Below are positions 12,748 through 27,045 of a stretch of DNA of 64,000 nucleotides, piece after piece; the first letter of the stretch is position 1; every line of letters begins with the position of its first letter. Below the pieces are notes generated by a model. The model was not told the origin of the DNA and did no database searches. It saw nothing but the letters and a program-made list of their open reading frames with translations. This DNA comes from Felis catus (Eukaryota), in the NCBI RefSeq assembly GCF_018350175.1, contig NC_058368.1, forward strand, positions 148,244,001-148,308,000, in the 5' to 3' direction. The position numbers and the translations under genes were made by a program.

Positions 12748-13208
12748 TATGTCAAATATCTTGTTTCCCCTCCAGCTACTCTCTGTTCTTCTTCACCATC
12801 TTCCCAGCCCTGAAGACTAATCAGAGTCATACCATTTAATACATTTATAGTCTTTGTCTTTTGAATTCCTGTTGATTTTGACTAATAGGAACCTGTCAGT
12901 GGATTAAAAAGTGAGGTCAGTATATTTATTCCACTGCCTGTCTCTTTGCTAGGTCATCAACCTGGCATCATCCCTCATCTGAAGGTCATAGTCATCTTAC
13001 AGTGAAAAAAGCAAACAAACAAACATAAAATGAAACCCAGGACTTTGACAGAACTCTCTCCTTCAGGGTTCAATGACCATCCCTGGGTCTCGGTACTATC
13101 TGTTTTAGTTTTGCTATGTCCTGCCACCCATTTTTACATAGGTTCTTTATAACTTGTAATATTCTAATTTGCATGTGTATCTCATTTATATTGAAGCTCT
13201 AACAGATA
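12748..13208 (+). mobile_element. LTR33-like ERVL solo LTR (old)
   Basis: CCCTCCAGCTACTCTCTG..TTTGACTAATAGGA..GTGAGGTCAGTATATTTATTCC resembles LTR33. Confidence 0.6.
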
Positions 13209-13401
13209 ATCTCATGGCCATTTATAAGGCTGACTGGTTTGTTAAAATAAATATCCTATAAACAAGCAGCATTTAAGTACAAGCTTAATGCGGTTTATCT
13301 TGTTAATATAACTTCTGCAGTTGATTTTCTCTTCCTGTTCATCTGAGCGATGCATAGAACAAAAAGATGATAGACAGCATGGTGTTTCTTTTCTCTTTAG
13401 A

Positions 13402-13680
13402 CATTTAAGAAAGGAATGAGTAAAGGGAAGAAAAAGAGAGACAGGCAAACCAGGGAACAGACTCTTAACTATAGAGAACTAACTGATGGTTACCAGAGGG
13501 AAGATGGATGAGCAGGAGAGTTAAAGAGATGACAGGGATTGCACTTGTGCACTTGTGATGAGCACCGGGTGTTGTATGGAAGTGTCGAATGGTCAAATTA
13601 TACACCTGAAACTTATACTTCATGTAAACTCACTGGAATTTAAATAAAAAATTAAAAAGATGAAACAAAAAAAATTTAAA
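13402..13680 (+). mobile_element. 5'-truncated carnivore L1 3'UTR
   Basis: CAGACTCTTAACTATAGAGAAC..GATGAGCACCGGGTGTTGTATGGAAGTG..ACACCTGAAACT followed by an A-rich tail. Confidence 0.85.
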
Positions 13681-14532
13681 TGCATCAAAATAATAAAATG
13701 AACACAAAATTTTATTCTTTCTTCTTCATAATCAATACGCGTTTTGAAGCAGACAGGTTTTAAAAGAAGAAACTTCTTCACAGGTCACTGCATGTAAAGT
13801 AGAACTACCTCCAGGAAACTGCTTATTAAAAGCATTCTCTTAAGTATTCTTCAAATGATCTTAGACTGCAATCTGTAATACAGTTTTTATAGTTTAATAG
13901 TCTTAGGTCTGGTATGTTAAAATGTAGCTGTGTATCCTGGGGTACAGTAAGTATAAATTCCGGAGCTGCTGGTCTATGCAGCACACAGGGGGAAGTGGTA
14001 CTTGGATTAGGTCATAGAAACATTTTTCTTTTTTGAAGTAAAAATCTTCGTGAGATAACGGTTATTCTTGTTTGCTTCCTTCTTAATATCCTATGTTCCT
14101 TTTTTGACATTCAGTTTAAGAAACTGATTTCCACACATAATTTCTATTTTACACTTGTATTTTGTTTGTTTCTTTTGGCCATTCTCCACAGCTCTTAAAC
14201 AGCTGAATCTAGCAGAGGTAAACTTTGATTCTTCCAGAGTTAGGGAAAGGGTGGAGGGGAGGCAGGATTTATTGGCAGCTTTGGTCAAGAGCATGATTGT
14301 CAATGGTTGATATTTCAACTTAACCACTCTTCTTGCTAAACCACCTAGTGAAGAATTATATTTAAGATTTCCTTATAAATCCAGCTTATAGTCCTGGTTT
14401 AACTGTATTGACATGATACAATTACAGATACTAGCACTTTTACTCTCAAATAGAGCTCTGATTGGTATAATCAATTATATGATCACCCTAATTACACAAT
14501 CTTATTTCTTGCATTAGATGCCAAACTAAAGG

Positions 14533-14666
14533 TAGGATTGCCATATTTAGCAAATGGTATATCCTATGCAATATTTGGCATATACTTATCCTTAAGTTCA
14601 TAGTCTTATCTAAAATTTAATGTTAATTGGGTATGCTATAGTTCTGTATTTTGTCTGGCAATTCTG
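14533..14666. mobile_element. MER53-like non-autonomous DNA transposon (MITE)
   Basis: Terminal inverted repeats TAGGATTGCCATATTTAGCAAAT ... TATTTTGTCTGGCAATTCTG. Confidence 0.7.
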
Positions 14667-14953
14667 CAATGGGAAACTGAAACACTGAGGAAAGGTTGAC
14701 AGCAGATTCCAGTACTTCCACTAGAGCCCAGTAAGATTCCAAAATCAAAATTAAAAAAAAAGAAATTTCTTAATTTTTAAGCTTTAAACTTATTAAAGTA
14801 GTACATGTATGTGGTAAAAATAAAAATATTTTAGCAAGGAATAAGCTTAATTTTCTTTTCTCCCCAGGTATTCAGTTTTCCACAGAGACAGACACAATTA
14901 CAAACTCCTGGTTTGCCTTTTGAGTGTTGTTTTTTAATAAATACTTCAATTTT

Positions 14954-15160
14954 GGGGTCCCTGCATGGTTGCTCAGTCAGTTATCTACTCAGGTCATGAT
15001 CTCATGGTTTGTGAGTTCGAGCCCTGAATCAGGCTCTCTGCTGTTAGCACAGAGCCCACTTTAGATCCTCTCTCCCCATCCCTGTCCCTCTTCTGCTTGC
15101 ATGCACGCTCTCTCTCTCTCTCAAAAATAGGTAAATAAATAAATAAGTGAATAAATAATT
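14954..15160 (+). mobile_element. CAN-SINE
   Basis: GCTCAGTCAGTT..CAGGTCATGATCTCATGGTTTGTGAGTTCGAGCCC, CT tract and AATA tail. Confidence 0.9.
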
Positions 15161-15435
15161 TTGCATATACAAAATTTTCAAATATTGTAAGCATAGGTGT
15201 GCAGAGGGATAGCTGTGATACCTGTATATTTGTTTATTCCTCTATCAACTATCACCTATCAATTTACCTATTTATCTAAACTATTTTATACGAATGTTAT
15301 GATATCATACATACTCTGTATACCTACATTTTAGCAACTGACACTTCATGCATAAATATGCCTCATCTACCTCATTCTTTTACAAACATTTGGCATATTA
15401 TTTAGCAAGTTCTATCTTTAAGGTAATTTAGGTTC

Positions 15436-18400
15436 ATGACAGATATATTTAGAACTCTGCATCCCAAAGCAACAGAATATACTTTCTTCTCAAGTGCATA
15501 TGGAACATTCTCCAAGATAGATCACAGTCTGGGTCACAAAATAGCCCTTCATAAGTATAAAAGAATTGAGATCATACCATGCACACTTTCAGACCACAAT
15601 GCTATGAAACTTGAAATCAACCACAGGAAAATGTCTCGAAAACCCCCAAAAGCATGGAGGTTAAAGAACACCATACTAAAGAATGAATGGGTCAACCAGG
15701 CAATTAGAGAAGAAAGTAAAAAAAATATATATTGAAACAAATGAAGATGAAAATACAACAATCCAAATGCTTTGGGATGCAGTGAAGGCAGTGCTGAGAG
15801 GAAAATACATTGCAATCCAGGCCTATCTCAAGAAACAAGAAAAAGCCCAAATACAAAATCTAACAGCACACCTAAAGGAAATAGAAGCAGAACAGCAAAG
15901 ATACCCCAAACGCAGCAGAAGAAAATAAATAATAAAGATCAGAACAGGAGTAAACAATATACAATCTAAAAAAAACTGTAGAGCAGATGAATGAAACCAA
16001 GAATTGGTTTTTTGAAAAATAAACAAAATTGATAAACCTCTAGCCAGGCTTCTCAAAAAGAAAAGGGAGAGGGGCGCCTGGGGGGCTCAGTCGGTTAAGG
16101 GTCCGACTTCAGCTCAGGTCATGATCTTGCGGTTCGTGAGTTCGAGCCCCGCGTTGGGCTCTGTGCTGACTGCTCAGAGCCTGGAGCCTGTTTCGGATTC
16201 TGTGTCTCCCTCTCTCTCTGACCCTCCCCCATTCATGCTCTGTCTCTGTCTCTCTCAAAAATAAATAAACGTTAAAAAAATTTTAAAAGAAAAGGGAGAT
16301 GACCCAAATAGATAAAATCATGAATGAAAATGGAATTATTACAACCAATCCCTCAGAAATACAAGCAATTATCAGGGAATACTATGAAAAATTATATGCC
16401 AACAAACTGGACAACCTGCAAGAAATGGACAAATTCCTAAGCACCCACACACTTCAAAAACTCAAACAGGAAGAAATAGAAAACTTGAACAACCCAGAAC
16501 CAGTGAAGAAACTGAATCAGTTATCAAAAATCTCCCAACAAATAAGAGTCCAGGACCAGATGGCTTCCATGGGGAATTCTACCAGACATTTAAAACAGAG
16601 ATAATACTTATCCTTCTCAAGCTGCTCCAAAAAATAGAAAGGGAAGGAAAACTTCCAGACTCATTCTATGAAGCCAGTGTTACTTTGATTCCTAAACCAG
16701 AGACCCATCAAAAAAAGAGAACTACAGGCCAATATCCCTGATGAATATGGATACAAAAATTCTCAACAAGACACTAGCAAATTGAATTCAACAGCGTATA
16801 AAAAGAATTACTCACCACGATCAAGTGGAATTCATTCCTGAGCTACAGATCTGGTTCAACATTTGCAAATCAATCAATGTGATACATCACATTAATAAAA
16901 GAAAAGAACTATATGATACTGTCAATTGATGCAGAAAAAGCATTTCACAAAATTTAGCATCCCTTCTTCATAAAAACCCTCAAGAAAGTTGGGATAGAAG
17001 GAACATACTTAAACATCATAAAATCCATTTATGAAAAGTCCACAGCTAATATCATCCTCAATGGGGAAAAACTGAGAGCTTTCCCCTGAGATCAGGAACA
17101 CGACAGGGATGTCCACTCTCACCGCTGTTGTTTAACATAGTGTTGGAAGTGCTAGCATCAGCAATCAGACAACAAAAGGAAATCAAAGGCAACAAAATTG
17201 GCAAAGAAGAAGTCAAGCTTTCACAGATAACATGATATTATACATGGAAAACCTGACAGACTCCACCAAAAGTCTGCTAGCACTGATACATGAATTCAGC
17301 AAAGTCGCAGGATACAAAATCAATGTACAGAAATCAGTTGCATTCTTATACACTAACAATGAAGCAACAGAAAGACAAATAAAGAAACTGATCCCATTCA
17401 CAATTGCACCAAGAATCATAAAATACCTAGGAATATACCTAACTAAATATGTACAAGATCTGTATGCTGAAAACTATAGAAAGCTTATGAAAGAAATTGA
17501 AGGAGATACAAAGAAATGGAAAAACATTCCATGCTCATGGATTAGAAGAATAAATATTGTCAAAATGTCAATACTACCCAAAGCTATCTACACATTCAAT
17601 GCAATCCCAATCAAAATTGCACCATCATTCTTCTCGAAGCTAGAACAAGCAATCCTAAAATTTGTATGGAACCACAAAAGGCCCCAAATAGCCAAAGTAA
17701 TTTTGAAGAAGAAGACCAAAGCGGGAGGCATCACAAACCTAGACTTTAGTCTCTACTACAAAGCTGTAATCATCAGGACAGCATGGTATTGGTACAAAAA
17801 CAGACACATAGACCAGTGGAATAGATTAGAGACTCCAGAACTGGACCCACAAAATATGGCCAACTAATCTTTGACAAAGCAGGAAAGAATATCCAATGGA
17901 AAACAGTCTCTTTAACTAATGGTGCTGGGAAAACTGGACAGCAACATGCAGAAGGATGAAACTAGACCACTTTTTTACACCATTCACAAAAGTAAACTCA
18001 AAATGGATAAAACGACCTGAATGTGAGACAGGAAACCATCAAAACACTAGAGGAGAAACCAGAGAAAAACATCTCTGACCCCAGCTGCAGCAATTTCTTA
18101 CTTGACACATCCCCAAAGGCAAAAGAATTAAAAGCAAAAATGAACTATTGGGACCTCGTGAAGATAAAAACTTCTGCACTGCAAAGGAAACAATCAACAA
18201 AACTAAAGGCAATCAACGGAATGGGAAAAGATATTTGCAAATGACATATTGGACAAAGGGCTAGTATTCAAAATCTATAAAGAACTCACCAAACTCCAAA
18301 CCCAAAAAACAAATAATCCAGTGAAGAAATGGGCAGAAAACATGAATCGACACTTTTCTAAAGTAGACATCCAGATGGCCAACAGGCACACGAAAAGATG

Positions 18401-19180
18401 CTCAACGTCGCTCCTCATAAGGGAAATACAAATCAAAACCACACTGAGATAAAACCTCATGCCAGAGTGGCCAAAATGAACAAATCAGGAGACTATAGAT
18501 GCTGGAGAGATTGTGGAGATACAGGAACCCTCTTTGCAGTGTTGGTGGGAATGCAAACTGGTGCAGCCACTCTGGAAAACAGTGTGGAGGTTCCTCAAGA
18601 AATTGAAAATAGATCTATCCTATGGCCCAGCAATAGCACTGCTAGTAATCTACCCAAGGATACAGGAGTGCTGATGCATAGAGGCACTTGTATCCTAATA
18701 TTTATAACAGCACTTTCAACAATAACCAAATTATGGAAAGAGCCTAATGTCCATCAACTGATGAATGGATAAAGAAATTGTGGTTTATATACACAACGGA
18801 ATCCTACGTGGCAATGAGAAAGAATGAAATATGGCCTTTTGTAGCAACTTGGATGGAACTGGAGAGTGTTATGCTAAGTGAAATAAGTTATACAGAGAAA
18901 GATACCATATGTTTTCACTCTTATGTGGATCCTGAGAAAGTTGACAGAAGACCATGGGGGAGGGGATGGGAAAAAAAAAAGGTTAGAGAGGGAGGGAGCC
19001 AAAACATAAGAGACTCTTAAAAACTGAAAACAAACTGAGGCTTGTTGGGGAGTGGGAGGGAGTGGAGGGTGGGTGATAGGTATTGAGGAGGGCACCTGTT
19101 GGGAGGAGCACTGGGTGTTGTATGGAAACCAATTTGACAATAAATTTCATATTAAAAAAATAAAGAAAAAAAAAGAAAAG
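15436..19180 (+). mobile_element. 5'-truncated felid L1 (about 3.5 kb of ORF2 plus 3'UTR), frameshifted
   Basis: ORF fragments TDIFRTLHPK..SDHNAMKLEI (endonuclease, EN), MILYMEN..KYLGI (reverse transcriptase, RT) and C-terminus; 3'UTR ending AATAAATTTCATATT and a poly-A tail. Confidence 0.97.
16071..16284 (+). mobile_element. Young CAN-SINE nested in L1 ORF2
   Basis: Perfect 15-bp TSD AAAAGAAAAGGGAGA at 16056-16070 and 16285-16299. Confidence 0.97.
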
Positions 19181-20047
19181 ACTCATTGTATAATCTCAAT
19201 CTTTTTGTATTTGTTGAGGCCTGACATGACCTAGTATGTGATCTCTTCTGGAGAGTATTGCATGTGCATTTGAAAAGAATTTGTATTCTGCTACTTTAGG
19301 ATGAAGTATTCTGAATATATCAGTTAAGTCCATCTAGTCCATTATGTCATTTAAACTTATTGTTTGCTTGTTGATTTTCTGTTTAGATGATCTTTACATT
19401 GATGTAAGTTAAAATGCCCTGCTAAGATTGTATTATTACCAATGAGTTCCTTTATGTTTGTTACTCATTTTTTAATATATTTGGGTAAACCAAGTTGGGG
19501 GCACAAATATTTACAATTGTTAGCTCTAGTTGGATGGTCCCCTTTATTATGATATCGTGCCCTTCTTCATCTCTTGTTACAGTCTGCTTTAAAATCTAGT
19601 TTTTTCGATATAAGTATTGCTGCCCTGAATTTCTTTAAGTGTCCATTGCCTGATAAATTTTTCTCCATAACCTCACTTTCAATCTGGAGGTGTCTTTAGG
19701 TCTTAAATGAGTCTTTAGGTAATATATTGATGGGTCTTATTATTTTTTTATTATTCTAACATCCTATATCTTTTGATTAGAGTTAGTCCATTTACATTCA
19801 GAGTAATTATTGATAGATATGTATTTAGTGCCATTTTATTACTTGTTTTGTCATTGTTTCTGGAAATTTTCTCTTTTCCATTCTAGTCTTTGTCACTTTT
19901 AGTCTTACCCTTCCAAAGAGTCCTCTTAAATATTTCTTGTAGAACTGGTTTAGTGGTCACAGACTCTGTTAGTTTTTGTTTATCTTGGAAACTCTTTATC
20001 TATCCTTCTGTTATGAGTAATAGCCTTGCTGGATAGAGTATTCTGAG
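19181..20047 (-). mobile_element. Older L1 internal fragment (ORF1 end to ORF2 endonuclease)
   Basis: Reverse complement reads ..AGAATACTCTATCCAGCAAGG (ORF1 C-terminus) ... ATGGACTTAACTGATATATTCAGAATACTTCATCCTAAA (EN). Confidence 0.88.
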
Positions 20048-21202
20048 TGGTTAAGTTACACTAAGCACTAGGGGGAAAAGTATCATTGTGAAACTAACAC
20101 TCTTCTGGAAATATGTAGAGGAATTTTACTTACGTGATAAACACATGTAGAACTTAGACCAGTCCTCTAATAACCTTAGGATAATCTTCAGAAGGCACTT
20201 AACTATCACTGGTATTTCAGAGAAAAAATGTGATGTTCCCATTTGTGGGATAATAATATTTGTAAGGTAGAATATTGGTAATGTTCTTTGGTAGTTGCTT
20301 TGGCATTATCTAGTTTTTTTTTTTTCCATATAATGACCAATTTGCATTACAAAAAACTCAGGAAAATAAGTGTAACTAAATTGTTTAATAAGCAGAACGT
20401 GACACATATTATTATTTTGTCAGCATTATATCTCCCCTCCATATCCTTGATTGAAATCCTAGGAATAACCCTTAGTTTATGTGAGTTTCAATTCTTAATG
20501 AACAACTTCAGTTTCAAGCAATAAAATAATTTGGTCCTGTCTACGTTAAAACAGTGATTTATTATCAAATTAAAACTCTTTTTCTCTTGAGCTCAGACCT
20601 AATCTGTTAGAGATCTTTATAGGCAGGGAGGAGATTAGAGCATGGTTAACTCCTTGCCTATCCTTTGCTATTGTTTGACATCTCTGCTTCACTCTTTTCT
20701 GTTCTTCCAGAGAGTCCCACAGAATCTAAAACGATTCCAATTTTTTAAACAGCCCTAATTTATTTGAATGAGTGAATTTCTTATCCCCTACTTAAATTCC
20801 AGTTTCTACAAAGTTTGATCATTTTATTTTATTAACTTGACTCCTCTTTTCCCAGTAGCACTTCACTTCTAGACTACAAATACCAGTTTTCATTTAAATG
20901 CAAAACATCACACACTAAGTTCTTACATATAACTGCATTTAGGGAAAATTTTTTCATTGCAATAAATAAAGGCTAATGAGTCCATTACCCAAACCTACTT
21001 AGCCTTTTTTCATGGAAAGAAATCCACAACCAGTTCTCAGAATACACGGATTGTATCTCTGCATGAAAAGCAGGCAAGTTCTAAATAGAATGGACCCCTA
21101 TTCCAATCCCTGTGAAATTTCTCTTGTGCAAGGAAGATGGAGAAGTTTCAAGGATATCTTCTCTACAATAATGGGAACACTTTAATTGCTATAGGTATAG
21201 AG

Positions 21203-21440
21203 ATAGCATGGTGTTGTGGTTAAGAGAACAGACTCAAGAGCTTGAGATCTCTACCTCTCACCAGCCTGTGTGACTCAGAAATATTACTTCACCTCCCTCT
21301 GTTCAATTTCCCTAAATGAAAGTGGTGATAATAGTAATATGCATCTTATAATCTTGCTAAGAGATTTACATGATTTATTTGTGAAGTGCTTCAACTATTG
21401 TCTGGCTTAGAGTAACATTATATACAAATTTATTAAATAC
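21203..21440 (+). mobile_element. MIR SINE
   Basis: GTGGTTAAGAGAACAGACTC..TGTGTGACTC..GATAATAGTA..GTGAAGTGCTT..TCTGGC. Confidence 0.75.
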
Positions 21441-23117
21441 ATTAATAGGGACATTTGGATGATGTCAAGTCACATAGCTTAAATAAAATTGAAAATTGCT
21501 ATGTTAGGCAATAGGGTATCAGGAATATATTAATATAAAATGTGGGGGTCACAAAAGTCTCTCTTCATCTCAGGGCTACATTCCCTATGTAGTTTCTGAT
21601 TCAGCAGTATACTTAGGGAAAGAGAAACAAACAAGAACATATTTTCTGGTACTTATGGATATTTCTCTGTGTACTTTTATAAGTATTTTGAAAATGTCTT
21701 TTCCTATTTCTCTTACTGACAAACGCTAGTGTGGGAAGGCTTAATAACTGACAGAATATAACAAAGCAAAGAAGTAGTTATAGGAAAAACACATAAAAAA
21801 CAATTAAAACTGAATATTAGACATTTAACACAAGTGATTTTGCCACTTAGTGGAAAAAAAATTCTTCCTGGACTGGCTGTAGAGGCCCCCCTTTTTTCTA
21901 ATAGTTTCTTCATTTCTCCTCAAAAATGGTGCCCATGGAACAAGAAATGCCTTTTAATGTATCATATATCTATTTTTGCATAATTAAATAAGACAATTAA
22001 CAGATTTTCTTATTCAAAAGAGTCTATCACCACACATCATCCCAAATTTCGTAAGTAAAGCAACCTGTTTTTAAATAGTAATTAATGGCTCTATTATATT
22101 TACTAGAACTATTAACTATATCTAATAAACATAGCTATATTATTTACATTCAAATTTACTAGATCAGAAAGTCTGACTTTAACTGTTCTGCTACTATCAT
22201 AACCTCAACACATCTATTACTGAACTTTTATTTTCTGCCTTAAAAATCTCTCTCTTATTTGTGTCATTTATTTAATGTAGTCATTATTCTACCAGTGACA
22301 TACCTATGACCTAAATTCATGTTGGGTCCTCCTCTCTTAGTCTTACACAAATCTGTCACGATGTCATGCTCATACTTTAGTGGGTATATATCTTCCAGTA
22401 ACTAGTTCTTGTTCCCATTGACATTATGCCAATCTTGGCTCTCATAATGGAAGCACAGGGATGACTGAGATAGCCACACAAGTTTTCTCTCTTCATCTTC
22501 TTAACATTTCTTAGACCAATCTTCTATCATTCTTTCATATTGATGTGAAGAATTTCACAAATACAAGGTTTAGTGGCTGCTGAGTAAAAAGTTGCCAGCT
22601 GTCTTTCTGTTAGTTTCTTAGATGGCACTTTGAGAATAGTCAGCCTGGTCTTTTCATCTCAGGTACTCACTGGACAGATATTCAATGCCAGGCCTTAGGC
22701 CACCTCCTTCTCCCTTCCAGGGGTTACCTTGTTTTTCTGCCCAGAAATTCCTTCTCTACCCTACAAATCATGAAATGGCCATTTCAGATAGTAGTAAATC
22801 CTTTCTTCTTTCAACTCAATGATATCAGTTTAGTACAAAGTATGACAGATACTGTCTTATGAAACATAAAATTCTTGTTACACTACTAGTGTATTTCATC
22901 CAATGAGCTCATATTGACTCAGTGAGTGTACTTTATTGCCTTGCTGAAATGCACAATTATTTTCCTGCAGATTTGAGAAAGTAAAAACGGCAAATGAAGA
23001 CTATAGTATGTTTTTGTCAACAATCTATTTGCATTATTTTACTTTGTTAGAATTCAGAATATATCTTAAAGTGGTGTGATGTTGCAGGGATAAAAATGAG
23101 TTCAAAAGTAAATCCGG

Positions 23118-23285
23118 GTGGTTTGTGAGTTGGAGCCCTATGTCAGGCTCTGTGCTGACAGCTCAGAGCCTGGAGCCTGCTTCGGACTTGTGTCTCCCTC
23201 TCTTTGTTCCTCTCCTGCTCATGCTCATGTTCATGCTCGTGCTCTGTCTCTCTCTCAAAAATAAACATTAAAAAATTTGTAAAAA
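23118..23285 (+). mobile_element. 5'-truncated CAN-SINE
   Basis: GGTTTGTGAGTTGGAGCCC..GCTGACAGCTCAGAGCCTGGAGCCTGCTTCGGA plus tail; head absent. Confidence 0.9.
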
Positions 23286-24899
23286 CTGTAAAATCATTTC
23301 ACATATTTAGGAAAGACAGTTTGATCACAATCCACATTTGTTTTTAAAAGATGACTTAGAAAATAGAATGATTAAGTTTTTAGAAAGAAGACTTACAGGA
23401 AAAGAAGATATACATACTTCCCAGTAATGAGAACCATGATTTCTTATTATATTTGTGTATTTATAGATAAATTAGTTCCTGATTTTCTTCTACCATCAAT
23501 GTAAATTTTCATTCTTTGTTTTTATGCTTCATAAAATCCAGTTTCCATTTACAAAGAGTGATTGGTTTGTTCAATACATTGCATGGAAGAAAACAAAAAC
23601 AAAAACAAAAACATATGACAATTTATTTTTGCCCTTGATTTTTGTCATTATTTTTAATGATGTTATAAATTTCTCCATATTTTAATTTAGTTACTTAACT
23701 GTGGTTCACTGATTTAAACTATAAACAAAACGACAAATGATAAAGTAAGGGAATTAGATCAAGTCATTTAAACATAAATCATTCTAAATGGTTTCATGTA
23801 TCTCCCACATAAACTACAGAGCAAATGCAATAGTTTAGAAGTCTCCACAGGAGGGGGAAGAAAAAATAAATAAATTAGAAAACAACAGCAGGATTTCAAA
23901 TGAGAGTAGAATAGGGAAAAAATAGGTGGTTATTTCTGTTTTAATGTCTATATAGTTCCAGAGAATTTTCACCTTAAGCAGAGATAGCCATAAATGTCAC
24001 CTGGTAGAAAATAATTTTCCTAAGTGAATGACAGATTAAAAATGTGCTTTTCCCCCTGTTTATATATTAGCTTAAATTATAGGCTTACTATCATTATAAT
24101 TGAGGCCTATCAGATAAAAACATCTGGAAAGATTTTGTTTTCAGTTCATAGATTTTAATCTAATGGAATCTAATGCAAAGACAACTATATAGTATGTTAG
24201 AAACTGATTTTTAAAACATTACATATTCTTTGGATTTTTGATAGAGTTGAGGATGAGGTATAACTATTGTATTTTATTTAGAAAAATAATCTCTATTAGT
24301 ATTTTGTGGAGTTAATGTAAAGACTAAATGTCAGTTGGACTATTTGAGAGTTCTATTGGACATTCTACATAGAATTACTTTCAGAATTGTTAATTTCCCT
24401 TATTAGTAATAAGGCAAAAAGTTTATACCAGTAGGTAAAAATTGACATGGTGTAGCAAATATATACTAATGTACACTTTATTGCCATCTACTTTACATGA
24501 AGAAAATTATAGAAACTAATCACTAAAATATACTTACATAATCCTATACCACTTGCTCTAAAAACACAGTAAAAATTTGGGGCCATAAAAGAGAATAAGT
24601 CATAGGGAACTGCACAAAGATCTCAGCTATTATATTGGTAAATATTAACATCAAAATGTATTTAAATATTTAACTTGGTCACAATCATATTAATAATAAA
24701 ATTTACTGTTCATGTTTAACACCTTTAATATTGTAAACATCAACATAATATTTAATCATAGATGGTAGAGAAAAGATTGAACTGAGGTTTAGAATATCTG
24801 AGATTTCAATTTCATTCCTACTATTCTATAACCAAACATTAATGGTAATAACTACCCCACCTTCCTTGGGGGTTACAGTTTGTTTGTTTGTCTTATACA

Positions 24900-25610
24900 A
24901 ATTTACCTGAAAATAAGCCAAAATTATTAAATATTGAGAATTTAAAATGTCATACACTATACTAAGTTCTATAGGCCTTTAGGTTAATATATCAAACATG
25001 ATCTCAGGCCTTCATTGAGTTTGTATGGTCTTGTATAAAGATGTAAATACACCAGGTGCTATAACATTATAATATAGAGTCTCTGAATCTACATTAGAGC
25101 ATGGGGAAAAAATACTGTAAGTCCTTTCTGAAGAAGTGACTCCAATGCTCACACTTGAAATAGGGATATCAGTTAGCTAAATGAAGACAAAAGATGAAGA
25201 ATACTTCAGTTAAAAGAAATAGAGATAGTAAACAGCAATAACCACAATAAAATAAAAACAAAAATGAAAATAAAACTTCTAGTAGACATGTCCAGCAGAT
25301 ATTTTAATGTTACCATATCAGAGAAGAAATGTGGGATAGACATGGCAATGTAGAGTTTTGGACATATGGATTGTGACTGGTAGAGATCTTTCAAGGAAAA
25401 CATGACAAGGCATAAGCCCTGAGATATCTGACCTTAAAGCATCCTATAGAGAAGATAGGACATTTACAGAAAACAGATAGGAATGTCTACAGGACTTAGA
25501 GGAAATCTAAAAGAATGTGATCCGACTGAGGCCAAATAAAGAGATGTCATCTACAACATTAAATATTTATGAAAGTTCACAATCAATATGAAGATTAAAA
25601 AATGTCTTTA
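24900..25610 (-). mobile_element. L2 LINE fragments (ancient)
   Basis: AAATATTGAG..ACTATACTAAGTTCT..GAAGAAGTGAC..GTGGGATAGAC degenerate L2 pattern. Confidence 0.5.
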
Positions 25611-26820
25611 ATCATTAACTCATCATATGCATATGTTTCCCAAACGCATGTAAAATACTAGACAATAATGTGTAAACCTGATAAAAATTTTAATCTTTTT
25701 TATATTAACATTTTCTATATCTTTCATGTGATAAATTGGAAATTACTATTTTCAAGATTGTTTCAATATGATCCTGAATTTCTTTTCCCTGTGGATCAGA
25801 GATATTTTAAAGTACCCTACTTTGGTGTATCTACTAAAATAAACCCTATCAAAATGATTAGTGTTTTCAAGCAGTTACCAAGGAATTGCTTGTTTTAAAC
25901 AGGTTCTAGGCAAATAAGTGAATATTAAAAAATGGAATCAACATAGTTGAATATTAATAAGTATTTATTAAATAAGAACAAAAACCAGTATTCAATCTTT
26001 TCAGAAGAAAAATAAACACTTAGATATTTAAAAAGATACAATGTAAGTGAAATTTAAGGGAGTGAAGAAAAAGAAAATAAAAGATTTCAGGATTGTATTC
26101 ATGCGATGTAAAGGTGTCTAGCAAATTTTTCTGGGTTTTGCATTCTTCTGCCTCGGGAGAAATTAAAACTGTTGTGTCATAGGGACAGAGGTGAATGAGT
26201 CTCTTGGTACCCTTGGTTATTTTTTCCTTAGATAGGCAAAATGAACACAATAAAGAATGCTATCCAATTTTTTAAACAAATAAACATTCATGTTTCAGTG
26301 GCAACTAGTAACATACTGGTGAAATTTTCAAGAGTTATAATAGTATTAGAAGTATAGGTGTCTAATTCTCATTAATCCAAATGTGTTACTCAAATTACCA
26401 ATACATAGGCACAGAAAATAAAGTATCAATCCTTAATATTATTACTAGAAATCGCTGAGAATATATGGATTTTAAAGGGGACCATGTTATTAATCAAGGA
26501 GTTTAGATTTTGCAATCAAATTCCAATTAGGAATGTTTTAATACATTTTTGTTAAGATGGCTGGAATGGAATAAAATTTACTGTAAAACAGATCATTTCA
26601 AGCCATAATAAGTTTTTGTTACTAAAACACCAATGAGATCTTGAAGGTAGGTCTTTATTATCATGTAATCTGACACTTTGACTGCAATCCTAACGGACAG
26701 TCTTTTTTGTGAATGACTAAAAACATGTGTAAAATCAACCAAATATATTAACTCCAAAGTGAAATGAATCCATTAGCTTTCTAACTGAAGTTTATTTCAT
26801 ATTAAAGAAGTTTCCTTCTT

Positions 26821-27045
26821 TTTAAAAAATGATTTTTTTAATGTTTATTTATTTTTGAGAGAGAGAGAGAGAGACAGAATGTGAGAAGGGGAAGGTCAGA
26901 GAGACAGGGAGACACAGAATTCTAAGCAGTCTCCAGGCTCTGAGCTGTCAGCACAGAGCCCGACATGGGGCTCGAACTCAATAACCACGAGATCATGACC
27001 TGAGTGGAAGTCTGATGCTTAACCAACTGAGCCACTCAGGTGCCC
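26821..27045 (-). mobile_element. CAN-SINE
   Basis: Perfect 16-bp TSD AAGAAGTTTCCTTCTT at 26805-26820 and 27046-27061. Confidence 0.97.

Noticed and set aside
19181..20047. Twin-priming 5' inversion of the adjacent L1
   Set aside because: The inverted piece lies 3' of the poly-A tail, overlaps sequence already present in the + element, and is a more diverged subfamily.
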